DNA of 64,000 nt from Neocallimastix sp. 'constans' (taxonomy: Eukaryota). Made by a program: the position numbers and the translations under genes. The number at the start of each line of letters is the position of its first letter. Within the stretch, counting starts at the first letter, position 1. A model generated the notes under the pieces. It was given only the letters and a program-made list of their open reading frames with translations, was not told where the DNA came from and did no database searches. Of this stretch, positions 32,285-44,760 are shown one piece after another. The DNA is taken from the NCBI GenBank assembly GCA_050613775.1, contig JBODTK010000109.1, positions 310,001 through 374,000 on the forward strand. Reading direction: 5' to 3'.

Positions 32285-32728
32285 TTAGCCAATTTCATTT
32301 TGATATGGAAAGTTTCTTTGATTCTCTATTTGATTTATTAAATACAATTGAGATTGAATATGATTATTTATACACCTAATTCTCAAATTAGTATTTTCTA
32401 ATTCTCTCTTTTCCATCAATACAACGTTAATTAAATTGTTAAGTAAACCAATTTCTCTTTGCATTTCAATAGCATCACGTTTAACATCCGGTTCTCGATG
32501 GTTATTTAGAAAGTAAGGAAAAATATCACGAAATTGATAATTCTGTTCTGCTTGAACATGACCATCTTCATGCGGATTTAGCAGGCCATTGAATACACGT
32601 GGATCTTCTTGTGGATTTGCCCTGCCATTTAAAACAAATAGATCATGTCCTTGTATTTCTTGCAATTGCAAACCATTTCTTTCCCTTTGTAATGGAATAC
32701 CACTAAATAAATTATTTTTACTTTCCAT
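32285..32728 (-). CDS. Hypothetical 147-aa protein with short internal repeat and C-terminal coiled-coil-like segment
   Basis: Stop-free complex ORF with higher GC than its flanks; VLNGRANPQED / VFNGLLNPHED repeat; no family recognised. Confidence 0.55.
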   Translation of the reverse strand: MESKNNLFSGIPLQRERNGLQLQEIQGHDLFVLNGRANPQEDPRVFNGLLNPHEDGHVQAEQNYQFRDIFPYFLNNHREPDVKRDAIEMQREIGLLNNLINVVLMEKRELENTNLRIRCINNHIQSQLYLINQIENQRNFPYQNEIG

Positions 32729-33534
32729 TTTTAAGCTTAATAAAATTTTTAATTTAAACTAATATTAGTAAAAATTTTTTCTTTTTAAGTAAATTAAAAT
32801 ACCTTTTTAAATATTTTTATTTTTAATAATACTTTTTTCTTCGTTATTTTATATTATATTTATATATATTTTTTTAAAATTTATTCTATTTTTAACTTAA
32901 ATATTTTTTTCTTGGTTATTTTATATTTTATTTTATATATATATTTTTTTAAATTTAAATTTTTTTTTATTCATTATTTTATATTTTATATATATAAATT
33001 AAATGTATTAACTTTTTATAGATTTTAATTTTTATCATATATTAAAATCATTGATTTCAGTTTTAAATTAATATTCATATATTAATTTTTTTTATCTAAT
33101 TAATTAATATTTTGTAATAATTACAATATCAAAAAAATATATTACAATTTAAAACTTTATTTTTTATTTTTTATTTTTTTTTTTTTTATACTTTTTTCTT
33201 AGGGATATTAAAAAATATCATAATTAAGTTATTTATAATTTTTAATATTATTTAATAGATTATATATATTAAATATATTATACTTTATTAATTTTAATTT
33301 ATCTTATAATTTCATATTATTAATATTATTGAACTACTTTCATAAAAATAAATATATATTGATATGGCAACAACATTTGTTTCAATTAATTGAAAAAGAA
33401 TAACATATTCTTTATATAATATTCTTTATATAATACTCTTTAAACTATTTTAAAATAATAAGAATTAATTATTTAATTTAATAAAATAAAATAATTTAAA
33501 TAAAACTTTTTTGATTTATAAAATATTTATTATG

Positions 33535-33606
33535 TTTATTAATTTTATTTACATATTTATGTTATAAATTTTATGTTAACGTAAATATGTAAATAAAATT
33601 AATAAA
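33535..33606. other. 30-bp inverted repeat (1 mismatch, 12-nt loop)
   Basis: tttattaattttatttacatatttatgtta versus taacgtaaatatgtaaataaaattaataaa. Confidence 0.8.
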
Positions 33607-34113
33607 GTTTTACTTTAAGAGGTCCATTTCTCAAATTTTTTGTAGTCATTTCGAAAAGTAACATTTCACAAAAATTTTTTTAACATAATAAATAAATAAA
33701 TAAATAATAAAATAAATAAATAATGTATATAATTTAAATAATTAATTAAATAAAAAAAATATAATAAATAAATAAATTTAAAAATAAATTTTTTAATATA
33801 TATATAATAAAAATTAATAATAATAAATAAACATTAGAATTTAAGCATTAAAAAATAAAATATTTTATCACAGTTTTATAATTTTTCAAAATAAATATAA
33901 TTAATAATATATATATATATAAACAATAATTTAAAGGATGTATAAATATAATATAATTATAATATTATAATTATTAAATAATTAATTAATCATTTTACAC
34001 CTTTTAAACTCTTGCGCAGTATTTTAAAGAATTTTAAACACTAAGTAAAAATATTTTTAATAATCTTAAACATTAGTTAAAATATTTTAATATTTTTAAT
34101 AAAAGAAATATCT

Positions 34114-34158
<45 letters not shown>

Positions 34159-34618
34159 ATTTATTTATTTGAAAAACACGATATATAAATAAAATTATTA
34201 AATTATTAATAAATAAAATGAAGCTATATGGTTTTTGATAGAACTTTATTGAATTGATTAATTATTTTGATTTAATTTTAATAATATTATAAAAATATTT
34301 TATTTTGTTGTATATTTAATATTAAATATTACTATTTTAATAAAATAAAAAATAAATTTAAATATTTTTAATTATATTACTAAAATAAATTGATATTGAT
34401 ATTAATAATAGTATTATAATAATAAAATATAAAATAGTAATAGTGATAGTGATAGTATCATAATAATAAAATATAAAATATAGATATTAATATTTATACA
34501 AAAAAATTGAATATTTTATTTAATGATTTAGTTTTAATTTAAAAAATAACAAAAATTAATAATTAAACATAAAAATTTATAATCTTACTTTATTAAAGGT
34601 TAGAATAATAAATTCTAA

Positions 34619-35156
34619 TTTAATTAATTTTATTATTTAAATTAATTAAACGAATCTAGTGCGTTTCACAATCGTACATTTCACAATGTGGAGTATTTTT
34701 ATGTGGCTTTTTTTAATTATATAATTTATTAGTATTCAATTATAAAAATAATTTTTTATAATTCTTTTTTAATAGAATATATTATTATTTCTTTTGAAAT
34801 AGTTATTTAATAATATTTAATTGAAAAAAATATATTATTATTTCTTTTAAAATAATAATTATTTATATATTTGTTTATGATTGTATAGAATATCTTAAAA
34901 ATGTATGGCTTTATTTAAAAAATTTTATACTCACATTTGCGGAAATGCACGATCCCCTAATTAAACATTTAAACCATAATCCAGCAATATGGCTTCTATT
35001 TCCTTCATTTATTACCAATTAAAAAATGATTCCATTTTTTTGATTTTATTAGTTTTTGTTAATGTTTTTCTCTTTTGTTTATTCCATACGCCAAACTTTT
35101 TTTTTTCCTTGATATAAAGATACATAATTATTTAATGTATATATTAATTTAAAATA

Positions 35157-35205
<49 letters not shown>

Positions 35206-36400
35206 AAAATAAGCCATTTAAATAATTATTAAAAGATTCAGAGGCATTATTTGTTATATGTTCAATATTATTATAATAATTTCAATTTTCAATATTATAA
35301 AGAATTATATATGTTTTTCTAAAATATCCTAAAAATATTAAAAATTGGTTCTAGTTATTTTTTAATGCTTGATTTTTTAATTTTATGAAAAATATATTCC
35401 AATATATAATTTAGATTTATAAAAGGTTGCTTGATTTTTTAATTTTATGAAAAATATTCCAATATATAATTTGGAATTATAAAAGGTAAATTTAATATAG
35501 CATTATAATAGACATATAAATCTCCGTTATGATCTATTTCATATATAGTATATTTTATTTTTATGATGTTCCAATGATCGTTTGTAATACCAAATACAAT
35601 ATCTAATATTTATATCTGGAAATACAATTATTGCGGCACTAGACATGGCTCTTTCAAACTTTCAAAGTCACATTGAAGATCTTTATGGAGCAAACCCATT
35701 GTCTATTATAATATTACAATTATTTTTTATTACTTCAAATGTTGTTCTAAAGGTTTCTTATTCTTTATTTCTTAATGTAGAAAAAGAAGTAGTGTAAAAA
35801 TTCATTTAATTCAGGAACCAAATTTCTTGTAATGAAAACCTGATAACTGAAATCAGGAGCTACATAGAAAGTACCATTCACAAAAAGATCATCACAATAT
35901 TTTTTTTTTTAAATAAAAATGCTTGAAATGGAGACTGAAAAATTACGACATTTTGATTATTGAATGTCATGAAATTTTCATATTGTTTAATAATATATAA
36001 ATAATGCTTTTTTTTTTTTTTTCTGGAATTTCCTCAAAACTTGATAGGTTGGGAGGTAGTTGTTTATTTATATTATCTCTAATTATATGTGATTTTATAG
36101 ATTTATATTCAGGAAATATAAAACCAATGTCTTGTTAAATCTGATTAAAAATTCTTTTTAGTTTTATATCGAAAGGAATTGAACTTTTTTTTTTTTTAAT
36201 TTCTTTTTTAATTTTATATTTTGTTAATGATAGAGCGATATTAAAGTCCTGTTCGAAATGATTATGAACACCATCATATTTTAATAATTTCTTCTTTTAT
36301 CATTTAAAATAATGTGAGATTTACATTTATTTGAAGTTTTATATTCGGTACATCTAACATTTTGTTAAATATTTTTAATTAATTTTCAATTATTCAATCT
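34619..36400 (-). pseudogene. Degenerate Mutator/MULE transposase, interrupted by a MITE
   Basis: Minus-strand pieces in the right order: RCTEYKTSNKCKS..DGVHNH (zinc finger), DLFVNGTFYVAPDFSYQVF (DGTF motif), CDFE..RAMSSAAIIVFPDINIRYCIWYYKRSL, TNNASESFNNYLN, C-terminal IAGLWFKCL. Many stops and frameshifts. Confidence 0.88.
34652..34957. mobile_element. Non-autonomous MULE-type MITE, family A copy 1
   Basis: Imperfect TIRs (gaatctagtgcgtttc.. / ..gaaatgcacgatcccc); exact 9-bp TSD TAATTAAAC (34643-34651, 34958-34966); body shared with 57678-58032. Confidence 0.88.
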
Positions 36401-36504
36401 TATTAAATATATTTAATTATATAAATTTTAAATAAAATCGAACTTATTTTTTATTTTATATTGATTTTTTTTTTAATATATAGTTATATAAAAATCCTTT
36501 TTAA

Positions 36505-36830
36505 AATTAGAATATCATCAACATAAAGTCCTATGACACAAGTTAGTTTATCTTTAGGCTTTTTGAAGAAAGCACATGGATCAGCGATCAGCAGTGGTGA
36601 ATTATTGAAATTTGTTTTTAGGTTAAAAATATTTTGTAATGATTTTTATTCCACTGGCGACCTTACTGTTTAAGACCGTACAATACCTTATTCAGTAATT
36701 CAATAACTTTTGCCGTAGTTTTCATCGCCATATGGAATATTGGTGCAAATTTCTTTGTTTAAGGCGGCATTTAGATAGGCTGATTTAAAATCTAATTGGT
36801 AAACATTCTATTGAAGTTTGACAGCATAAG
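36505..36830 (-). mobile_element. Ty1/copia reverse transcriptase fragment
   Basis: NVYQLDFKSAYLNA, LNKVLYGLKQ*GRQWN, ADPCAFF..VIGLYVDDILI. Confidence 0.9.
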
Positions 36831-36847
36831 TAAGAAATAAAAAAAAA

Positions 36848-36878
<31 letters not shown>

Positions 36879-36879
36879 T

Positions 36880-37312
36880 ATATATTTTGAAAACAATATA
36901 CCTAGGTAGGTACAGCAATTCATTTTAGGTAACTCTTGACTTAATAGATAAAAGGTGTGGGTTACTATTATTAAGAAATCTTGAAACTTCTCCTCGTATG
37001 TATTACTAAACTGGCCCATTTATTGATACCAAGAAATATTTCATTATTTATAGCCCACTTATTGGCAAATTTTTAACCATTTCTTTAGTTGAGATCTTGT
37101 TGAAGCACATAACACAATGTCATAACACAATGGTCATCTGCAAAGAGACCTCCACATAGAGATTCCATATTTATTTATAATTATTAAAAGTGTCATTAAT
37201 GAACAAGCTAAATAAAATTGGTGAGAGGGCACAACCTTGATGAACACATTTCTTTAATACTAAATAATTCCAATAATTGTCCATTAACCCTTACACATGC
37301 ATCACTCTCATC
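36880..37312 (-). mobile_element. LINE reverse transcriptase fragment
   Basis: ACVRVNGQL, HQGCALSPILFSLFIND, GGLFADD, LPKMNCCTYLGILFS; DNA aligns with 59984-60440. Confidence 0.9.
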
Positions 37313-37314
37313 AT

Positions 37315-37598
37315 CCATCTATTCTTCTTGGTGACTTTAACATGAGCACCACTGATTTACAAGATAAAATTAACCAACAGCAAACCTTGTTAACTGGTTT
37401 ATTCTTCCAATTAATGGTTTCACCTATTTCATGAACTAGAGGTAGATATTCATCAGATATTGATCATGCGTTAGTCAACTCATATATACTGGATAAAAAT
37501 ATCCTGTGCTTATTTTGTTGACTATCCTTCTGTAACGGATCATAAATATCTCATAGTTTATTGCAAGAAAACTACCACAGATAAATCATTTTTGTTAC

Positions 37599-37649
<51 letters not shown>

Positions 37650-38220
37650 GAAAGGTGGGATAGGTATAAATGTATTGAACTTAAGAAAGAAATTTGTGAT
37701 CCCAATAAATTTTATATTCTTAGTGAAGAATTAGGAAATGGAGAACTTTCAGTAGATTGTATAGGTGAAAAGTTCATCATCACAATAAATTTTATATTCT
37801 TAGTGAAGAATTAGGAAATGGAGAACTTTCAGTAGATTGTATATGTAAAAAGTTCATCAACACTACTAATTCCATTGCTATGGATTTATCGATTACATCG
37901 TCAACAGAAATCAGAAAATTGATGTTTAGAGCGTCCCACAAAATTTATTGTCTTCAAAAAAGGTAAAAACATATAGAAATAAACAAATAAAGGGTTATAA
38001 ATCTGCAAGTGATTCCAATGAATTTGCTAAAGTTGTTGTCTCGCATAGTAGACTCTATGAATCAATTCATAAAAAATGTATTGAAATTAGGAGAAAAAAA
38101 AAAAGAATATTTATATTGGATTAAAATTGGATATTTTGTTAGCTATTAAAAATGATGGTAGGAAAGTATGGAAATAGGTAAAAAAAGAAAAATTAGATGA
38201 GTATAGGAATTATCTAGTGA
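37315..38220 (+). mobile_element. LINE endonuclease C-half plus linker, opposite orientation to the adjacent RT
   Basis: PSILLGDFNMS..TRGRYSSDIDHALVNS, later NDGRKVWK*VKK; contains a ~79-bp tandem duplication at ~37700-37860. Confidence 0.8.
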
Positions 38221-39392
38221 AATTTTTTGTATCTAGAATGAATAAATTCCTTCATATTAACATCGGTCCATGAGTATATACCACGGATAAAAATTAACCT
38301 TGTGTTATCAATAGATGTTTCATAACAGAGAGAACCTCGATGAAATATCTTTTCCATAATGCACTATAAATTACAAAATGATTAAAAATGAAATTAATAT
38401 AAACTAAAATACTAAAAACTTAGAAATATAAATATAAAAAATATATATATAAAAAAAATAAATATAGAAAAAATAAAAAAAAAAAAAAAATAATAATTAA
38501 AATAATATGAAGTTTTTTCTTTTTGCTATATTTGATAATTATTTAAGTAAAATAAACCATATATATGTATATTTTGTTATAATGAATAATCTCTCTTTTT
38601 TTTTTTTTTCTTTATCTTTTGAATTATTATTTTTCTTTTCGATTAATAAAAGCATTGTATTATGTAATATTTTCTGTAGAATAATCAATATATTAACTAA
38701 AATGAAAAGGTAAATAAAATGTTAGTTGTAAAAAGCTTTAAAAAGATCCCCATCTGTCAAATAAAGTCTTAAATACAAGCTTTGGAGTGAATCAAAACTC
38801 CTACATTTCCATTTTACAATAGCTGCATGAGTTTAAATAATACTAAAGAAAAATACACATATAAAATAATGCTAAAGTAAAAAATACAATGGATTCATGA
38901 CAATTATAATATGTAGAAACTACATGAAATTATTAATAATATAACTCCAATGTTACTATATATCCAGTTTAAAACAATATAAAATATCAGGTTCACTTTT
39001 TATCGTCTTCCCAATATGGAATATTTTCTCTCTTTGTACTAGAAGCCACGTAAGAAAGGATAACCATAGATTATCATCAGAATAAAGAAAACTGTAATTA
39101 GTACACCTGATAAAGGATATTCCTTTACCATCAACCCTCCATGGACCTGGAAAAACAGTTCATATCATTGGGATATACAATAATAATAACATTGATAATA
39201 AATAATTATTTAAATCTTTAGAATCTTATGATAATGAAAGAAATTCGTTATATAATATTAAAAAAAATAATTGAAAATTTCTTTAAACAATCAGGTTTTC
39301 CATTTATTATGATAAAAGAAAATCAAGAGAATCCAACAATTATTTTTAATCAAAGAACAAATTTTTCAAAAATGTAATCTTCATTACTGATA

Positions 39393-39438
<46 letters not shown>

Positions 39439-39463
39439 GAAAATACAATTTTTATTATTGTTA

Positions 39464-39499
<36 letters not shown>

Positions 39500-39568
39500 T
39501 AATACATTCGATTTATATTTAATACTTTATCTTTTTATTAATAATATTGATAATATAGTATTTATATT

Positions 39569-39865
39569 GGGTGTGGGGGCATTTCGCCAGGTTGCATTTC
39601 ACCAATTTTTTAAGTATGTGGCGTATTAAAAAATGTGGTATTTCGCTAAATTGAAAATTATTAAATAAATAAATAAATAAATAAAATAAAATATTATTAA
39701 TATCGAATAAAAACAATTTTAAAAAAATTATTTTAAATTAATATTTATTTATTTATTCATTTATTTATATCAATACTCTACTTGTCGAAATGCAACATTG
39801 TAATACTACGCCACTTGGCGAAATGCAACCTGGCGAAATGTAATTTGGGGAAATTCAACTCTCCC
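39569..39865. mobile_element. Non-autonomous MULE-type MITE, family B
   Basis: GGG..CCC ends; inverted subterminal catttcgccaggttgcatttc / gaaatgcaacctggcgaaatg; exact 9-bp TSD ATTTATATT (39560-39568, 39866-39874). Confidence 0.88.
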
Positions 39866-40543
39866 ATTTATATTATATAAATTATATATATATATATATT
39901 TATTTCACTATACATTATATATAATAATATATCATTTTTTGTTCCAAAAATTAATAAATAAATAAATAAAAATTAATATATAAACAAAATATATTACATT
40001 TTCTTTATAGTATATTTCAACTTTTTAATAATTAATAAATATATATTTCTTTGTTAAAAAAAAAAATGGTGTAAATGTTGTATTAACAGGTAAAAAAAAA
40101 AATAAAATAAAATAAAAAACTTCTACTATAAATTAATAAATAAATATTTAATATAACATTATTAGGTAGCTGTTATATAACCAAATAAAGATTATATTGA
40201 TTTATCGTAATAAAAATTAAATTTTAATTTTTTTTTTTTTTTTTTTTTTATTTTTATTTCAGAAATTACTTAAAAATATTTAAAAAAAAAAAAAAAAACA
40301 TGTTTAAATTTTCACTTTAATTTTTAAAATATTTATTAAATAAATGAAATAATTAATATTTTTATATATATAATAACTTTTATATATTTTAATTCTTTTA
40401 AATATTACACATTTAATAGAAATTCTATAAACTGATAATATATCAATGTACAATTCTTTTAAAACCTTTAAACTTTTTAAAAAAGTAAAATGTAATTAAA
40501 ATAAAAATAAAAATAAAATAAAAAATTAATCAAAATTCATTTA

Positions 40544-40577
<34 letters not shown>

Positions 40578-43500
40578 ATTTTATGATTAATAAAAATATC
40601 TACTTATTTATCTATATAAATATTATTTATTCATTCATTTTAACTAATAATGATACGGAATTTTTATTTTTTATTTATTTTTATATTAATATATTCATTT
40701 ATTTTAAATTAAATTTTTGACATTTATTTTTATTTGTTAATTTTATGACTCTTCAACAGTTACTTAGTAAATTAAATAATTTTATAATTCTAAAATATTT
40801 AATTAAATATAATTTATATGGCAAAACTTTTTATATATAAAATACTAAAATAATAAAAAATAATACACTATAGAAAAAAATAAAAATAAAAATGAAACAA
40901 AATAAAAATATGATGAAACAGAATAAGAAATTAAAATATAAAATATATCATTTGCCTTTAAAATAGATAATACATAAAATATCATCAATAATTAAGTAAA
41001 ATATTATTAATAATGGTTGTAAATATTAAAATAGATTGAAAAAATGAAAAAGTTTACCACTTTAATCCGTATAATGAATAATAATAAAATTATAAAATTT
41101 TCTAATTAGATTATTATAATTTAAAAATATATATATATATATAACGATATATATATTTGAATATATAATTATATAATTTCTAAATACTTTTAACTTTGTA
41201 ATAATTTTTAGAATTATTATTTTTATATATATATAAATATATATATATATAAATTACTATATATATATAAATTACTATATATATATAGATAGATAATTTT
41301 TTATTTAATTTTTTGTTTATTATTTATTTTTTTTAAACTCTAATTAAAGTTTTAATTAAAAATAGTAAAATTAATATTTATATGAAAAATTTTTATATTT
41401 TAATTTTATAATTATTAATTATAGAAAAAATTAAAAAAAAAAAAAAAAAAAAAAAACACTTATAACATTATTTTCTTAAATAAATATACATATATTTAAT
41501 TATATATTTATTTGATCTAAAAATTTTTGCTACATTATTTATACTCATTTTTAAATTATAAATATATTAACAATATTTATGATAAGGTTTTTGTTATTTT
41601 TAAAGTAATTGATCAAAAAAAAAAAAAAAAAAAAAAAATCCTTAATTTAAATTAATTTTATAATAAAAAATTAAATACTAATAATGATAGTAATATTATA
41701 TATAATATATACAATAAACAAGCTCAATATTTATTGATTATTGCTATATATGTGTTGCATCGTTTAGTTGAGTTTATAAATATATAAATATATTATAGAA
41801 AGATAATACAAAATAAGGTATTTCTATTGGCAATAAAAAAAAATCAGTACAATAACAACTTATACAGGATAAGGGTATTCTAATGAAAAATATTAATAAT
41901 GATTATTAATAATAATATTATTATATTATTATTCTCTTATTTTTCTATTTTTTTTTTTCTTGTAAGAAAATATTATATAGATGTAAAATAATTAATAAAT
42001 AGGAGATAATAAATTCTAAATTCTAAATTTTAAACTTAAATAATTAAAAGATATCTTTATTCTATAAAGTTTAAAATTTGGAATTTGGAATTTGGAATTT
42101 TGATTTTTTTTTTAATAAAATGTTCTAAACATTTATGGTTAAATTAAGTTTTTTTTAAAAAAAAAGAAACTTTAATATGATAAATTCATCCATTTTTTAT
42201 TAATTAAATTCAAAACGCGGTATAAACTTTATTTATTAATTAATAAGTTCTTATTTAAAAGAAATAATTATTATTGGAGCTGAATAAATAAAAGTTATTA
42301 ATTAAAAATAAAGCTTTTTAATTAATCTAAAAATACATTTAACATAGATCATCATTTTTTTTTTTTTATAATTTAATATGTATTAACTTAATTAAAAACA
42401 ATAGTTTGCTTTTTATATTATCATTATTTATTATATATTTTATCTTAATAAAATAATTTAATATTATAAATATTATAAAAAAATATTTTATATGCTATCA
42501 AAAAAAAAAAAAAAACATAAATTTTATAATATATTTACATTATCTACAAATGAATTTTCAACTATATATTATATATAATAATTAAGCTAGACTTAAACTA
42601 TAAACTATAATATTTTAATTATTAATTAATATTAAAAAAATTCTAAATTTTGATTTGTTCCTAAAAATTTATAATTTCTTTTCTATTTGATTTGTTATAT
42701 AAATTAATTATATTTTTTCAAAATTTAGGATAAAAAAATTATAAATAATAATAATTATAATAAAATTTATAAGAATAAATAATAATATTGAAATTATTAA
42801 ACATTAAAATTGTGTTTTATTTTTAATTTATTTATATACTTATTGTTATTTTTATTATGTTTTATGCATTTGATAATAAAAGGAATAATTGAATATTAAG
42901 TTATATTATTAGATATAGTAAAAGAAAATAATTATAATTAATTACTAATAAATTTTAATAAAAATAGTAATTAAGAAAAGTCTTTAAATATTCTTTTAAA
43001 TTTATCTTTCAATATCGCTCCAAAAAAGATATTCATATTGTTTATTTTATATTAATTCATATTAATGAAATTTAAAAAATAACAAAAATAATAATATAAT
43101 AGAAATAGAAATAATAAAAAAAAATTATTATTATTAATAATCAAAGTTTTATTATTTTATTATTTATTCCATTGTTTATGGTTAATCAATATAGATATAT
43201 GAACTATATTTATGTAATAACTATGAAATTTTCTGTTAATTATTTATTTATTGAAAATACATATTTTTTTAAAACAAGAAATATCCACTATTTATTTTAT
43301 AGATTAATTTTTTTTACATTTATACTGTTACTAATTATTAACAAAGAATAAAGATAAATAAATTGAGGATCAACTTTGTGAAAGTTTAGAAAAGAATTAG
43401 TAATAATAATATTCACTCCAATTTCTTCTTTTTAAAATAAAACTACTAAGATATATTAAATCCTTATTTCGTTTTAAAAATATATATATGGATTAGGTTA

Positions 43501-44454
43501 TATTTTAATTATCACCTAACAAAATAAATAATTAATAGGACTTTTTTTTTTTATTTGAAAAAAAAAATATATATATATATATATACATATATATAAATAT
43601 ATAAATATATATATAAAATAATAAATTTCATTATAAAATTATGTTTAGTATTTACTCTTTTTTTAGGTCATTTATTATACATTAATTATTGTTGTTGAAG
43701 AGGCTTATGAATTCTGCTGATTTTAAAATAATATATATTTACAATATATTAAATAAAATTAGAAAATAAATTCGAACTCTATATAATATTAAATTTGTAA
43801 AAGCTATTTAATTTATAATAAATAGACTTTAATATAGAATTATAAATGTTAGATAAATCCCATAATTTGTAATAAGAATTTTTATTCAAAAATGCCTTTT
43901 AATGTTTTATATAGAATGAATCATAAGGAAAAATAAATATCATAATTTTTATATGGAGTATCAAATATTTATTATATGAAGTATTATTATATTATCATAG
44001 TAAATAAAGTAATAAAATCAATGATACTACTAATACTAAAAAATCATGTATAATAATATAATAATAATAAAGAATAACAAGGAATAATAAGGAATAAAGT
44101 ATATTAAAGAATAATAAAGAATAATAAATAATGAAATAATAAACATTAATAATCAATAATAAACAATATTAATAAGTATTAATAAGTCATAATATTAAAA
44201 ATAATAATACAAAGATAAATATTAAATAATTTTTATAAAAAAAGTATTATTTGTTATTTAAAATTATACTAATTTGCATAATATTAAAAAATAAATTTAT
44301 ATAAATATTAAATATAATTTTATAATTAAAAAAAATATAAAGAATAATGAGAATTATAATATATATGTTTAAAAAAAAAATGGGGATGAAACATAGAAAT
44401 ATTTCTGAATGAAAAAATGAATGTTTACTAATAAATAAAAATATAAAAATAAAC

Positions 44455-44760
44455 AATAATATAAAAATAAACAATAAAATATAAAATATTAAATATAAAA
44501 TATAAAATATAAAATATAAAATATAAAATATAAAATATAAAATATAAAAATAAAATATAAAATATAAAATATAAAAATAAAATATAAAATATAAAATATA
44601 AAAATAAAATATAAAATATAAAATATAAAATATAAAAATAAAATATAAAAGTAAAATATAAAATATAAAAATAAAATATAAAATATAAAATATAAAAAAT
44701 AAAACATAAAAATAAATAAAAAACATAAAAATAAAAGTAAAAACAAAACAAAACAAAATA
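44455..44760. repeat. (AAAATAT)n-type low-complexity satellite
   Basis: Heptamer-based run; source of the F/I/Y/L ORF artefacts. Confidence 0.9.

Noticed and set aside
44247..44756. Three overlapping hydrophobic ORFs (also 15488-15721, 53038-53442, 58331-58864)
   Set aside because: Translations of simple AT repeats, not membrane proteins.
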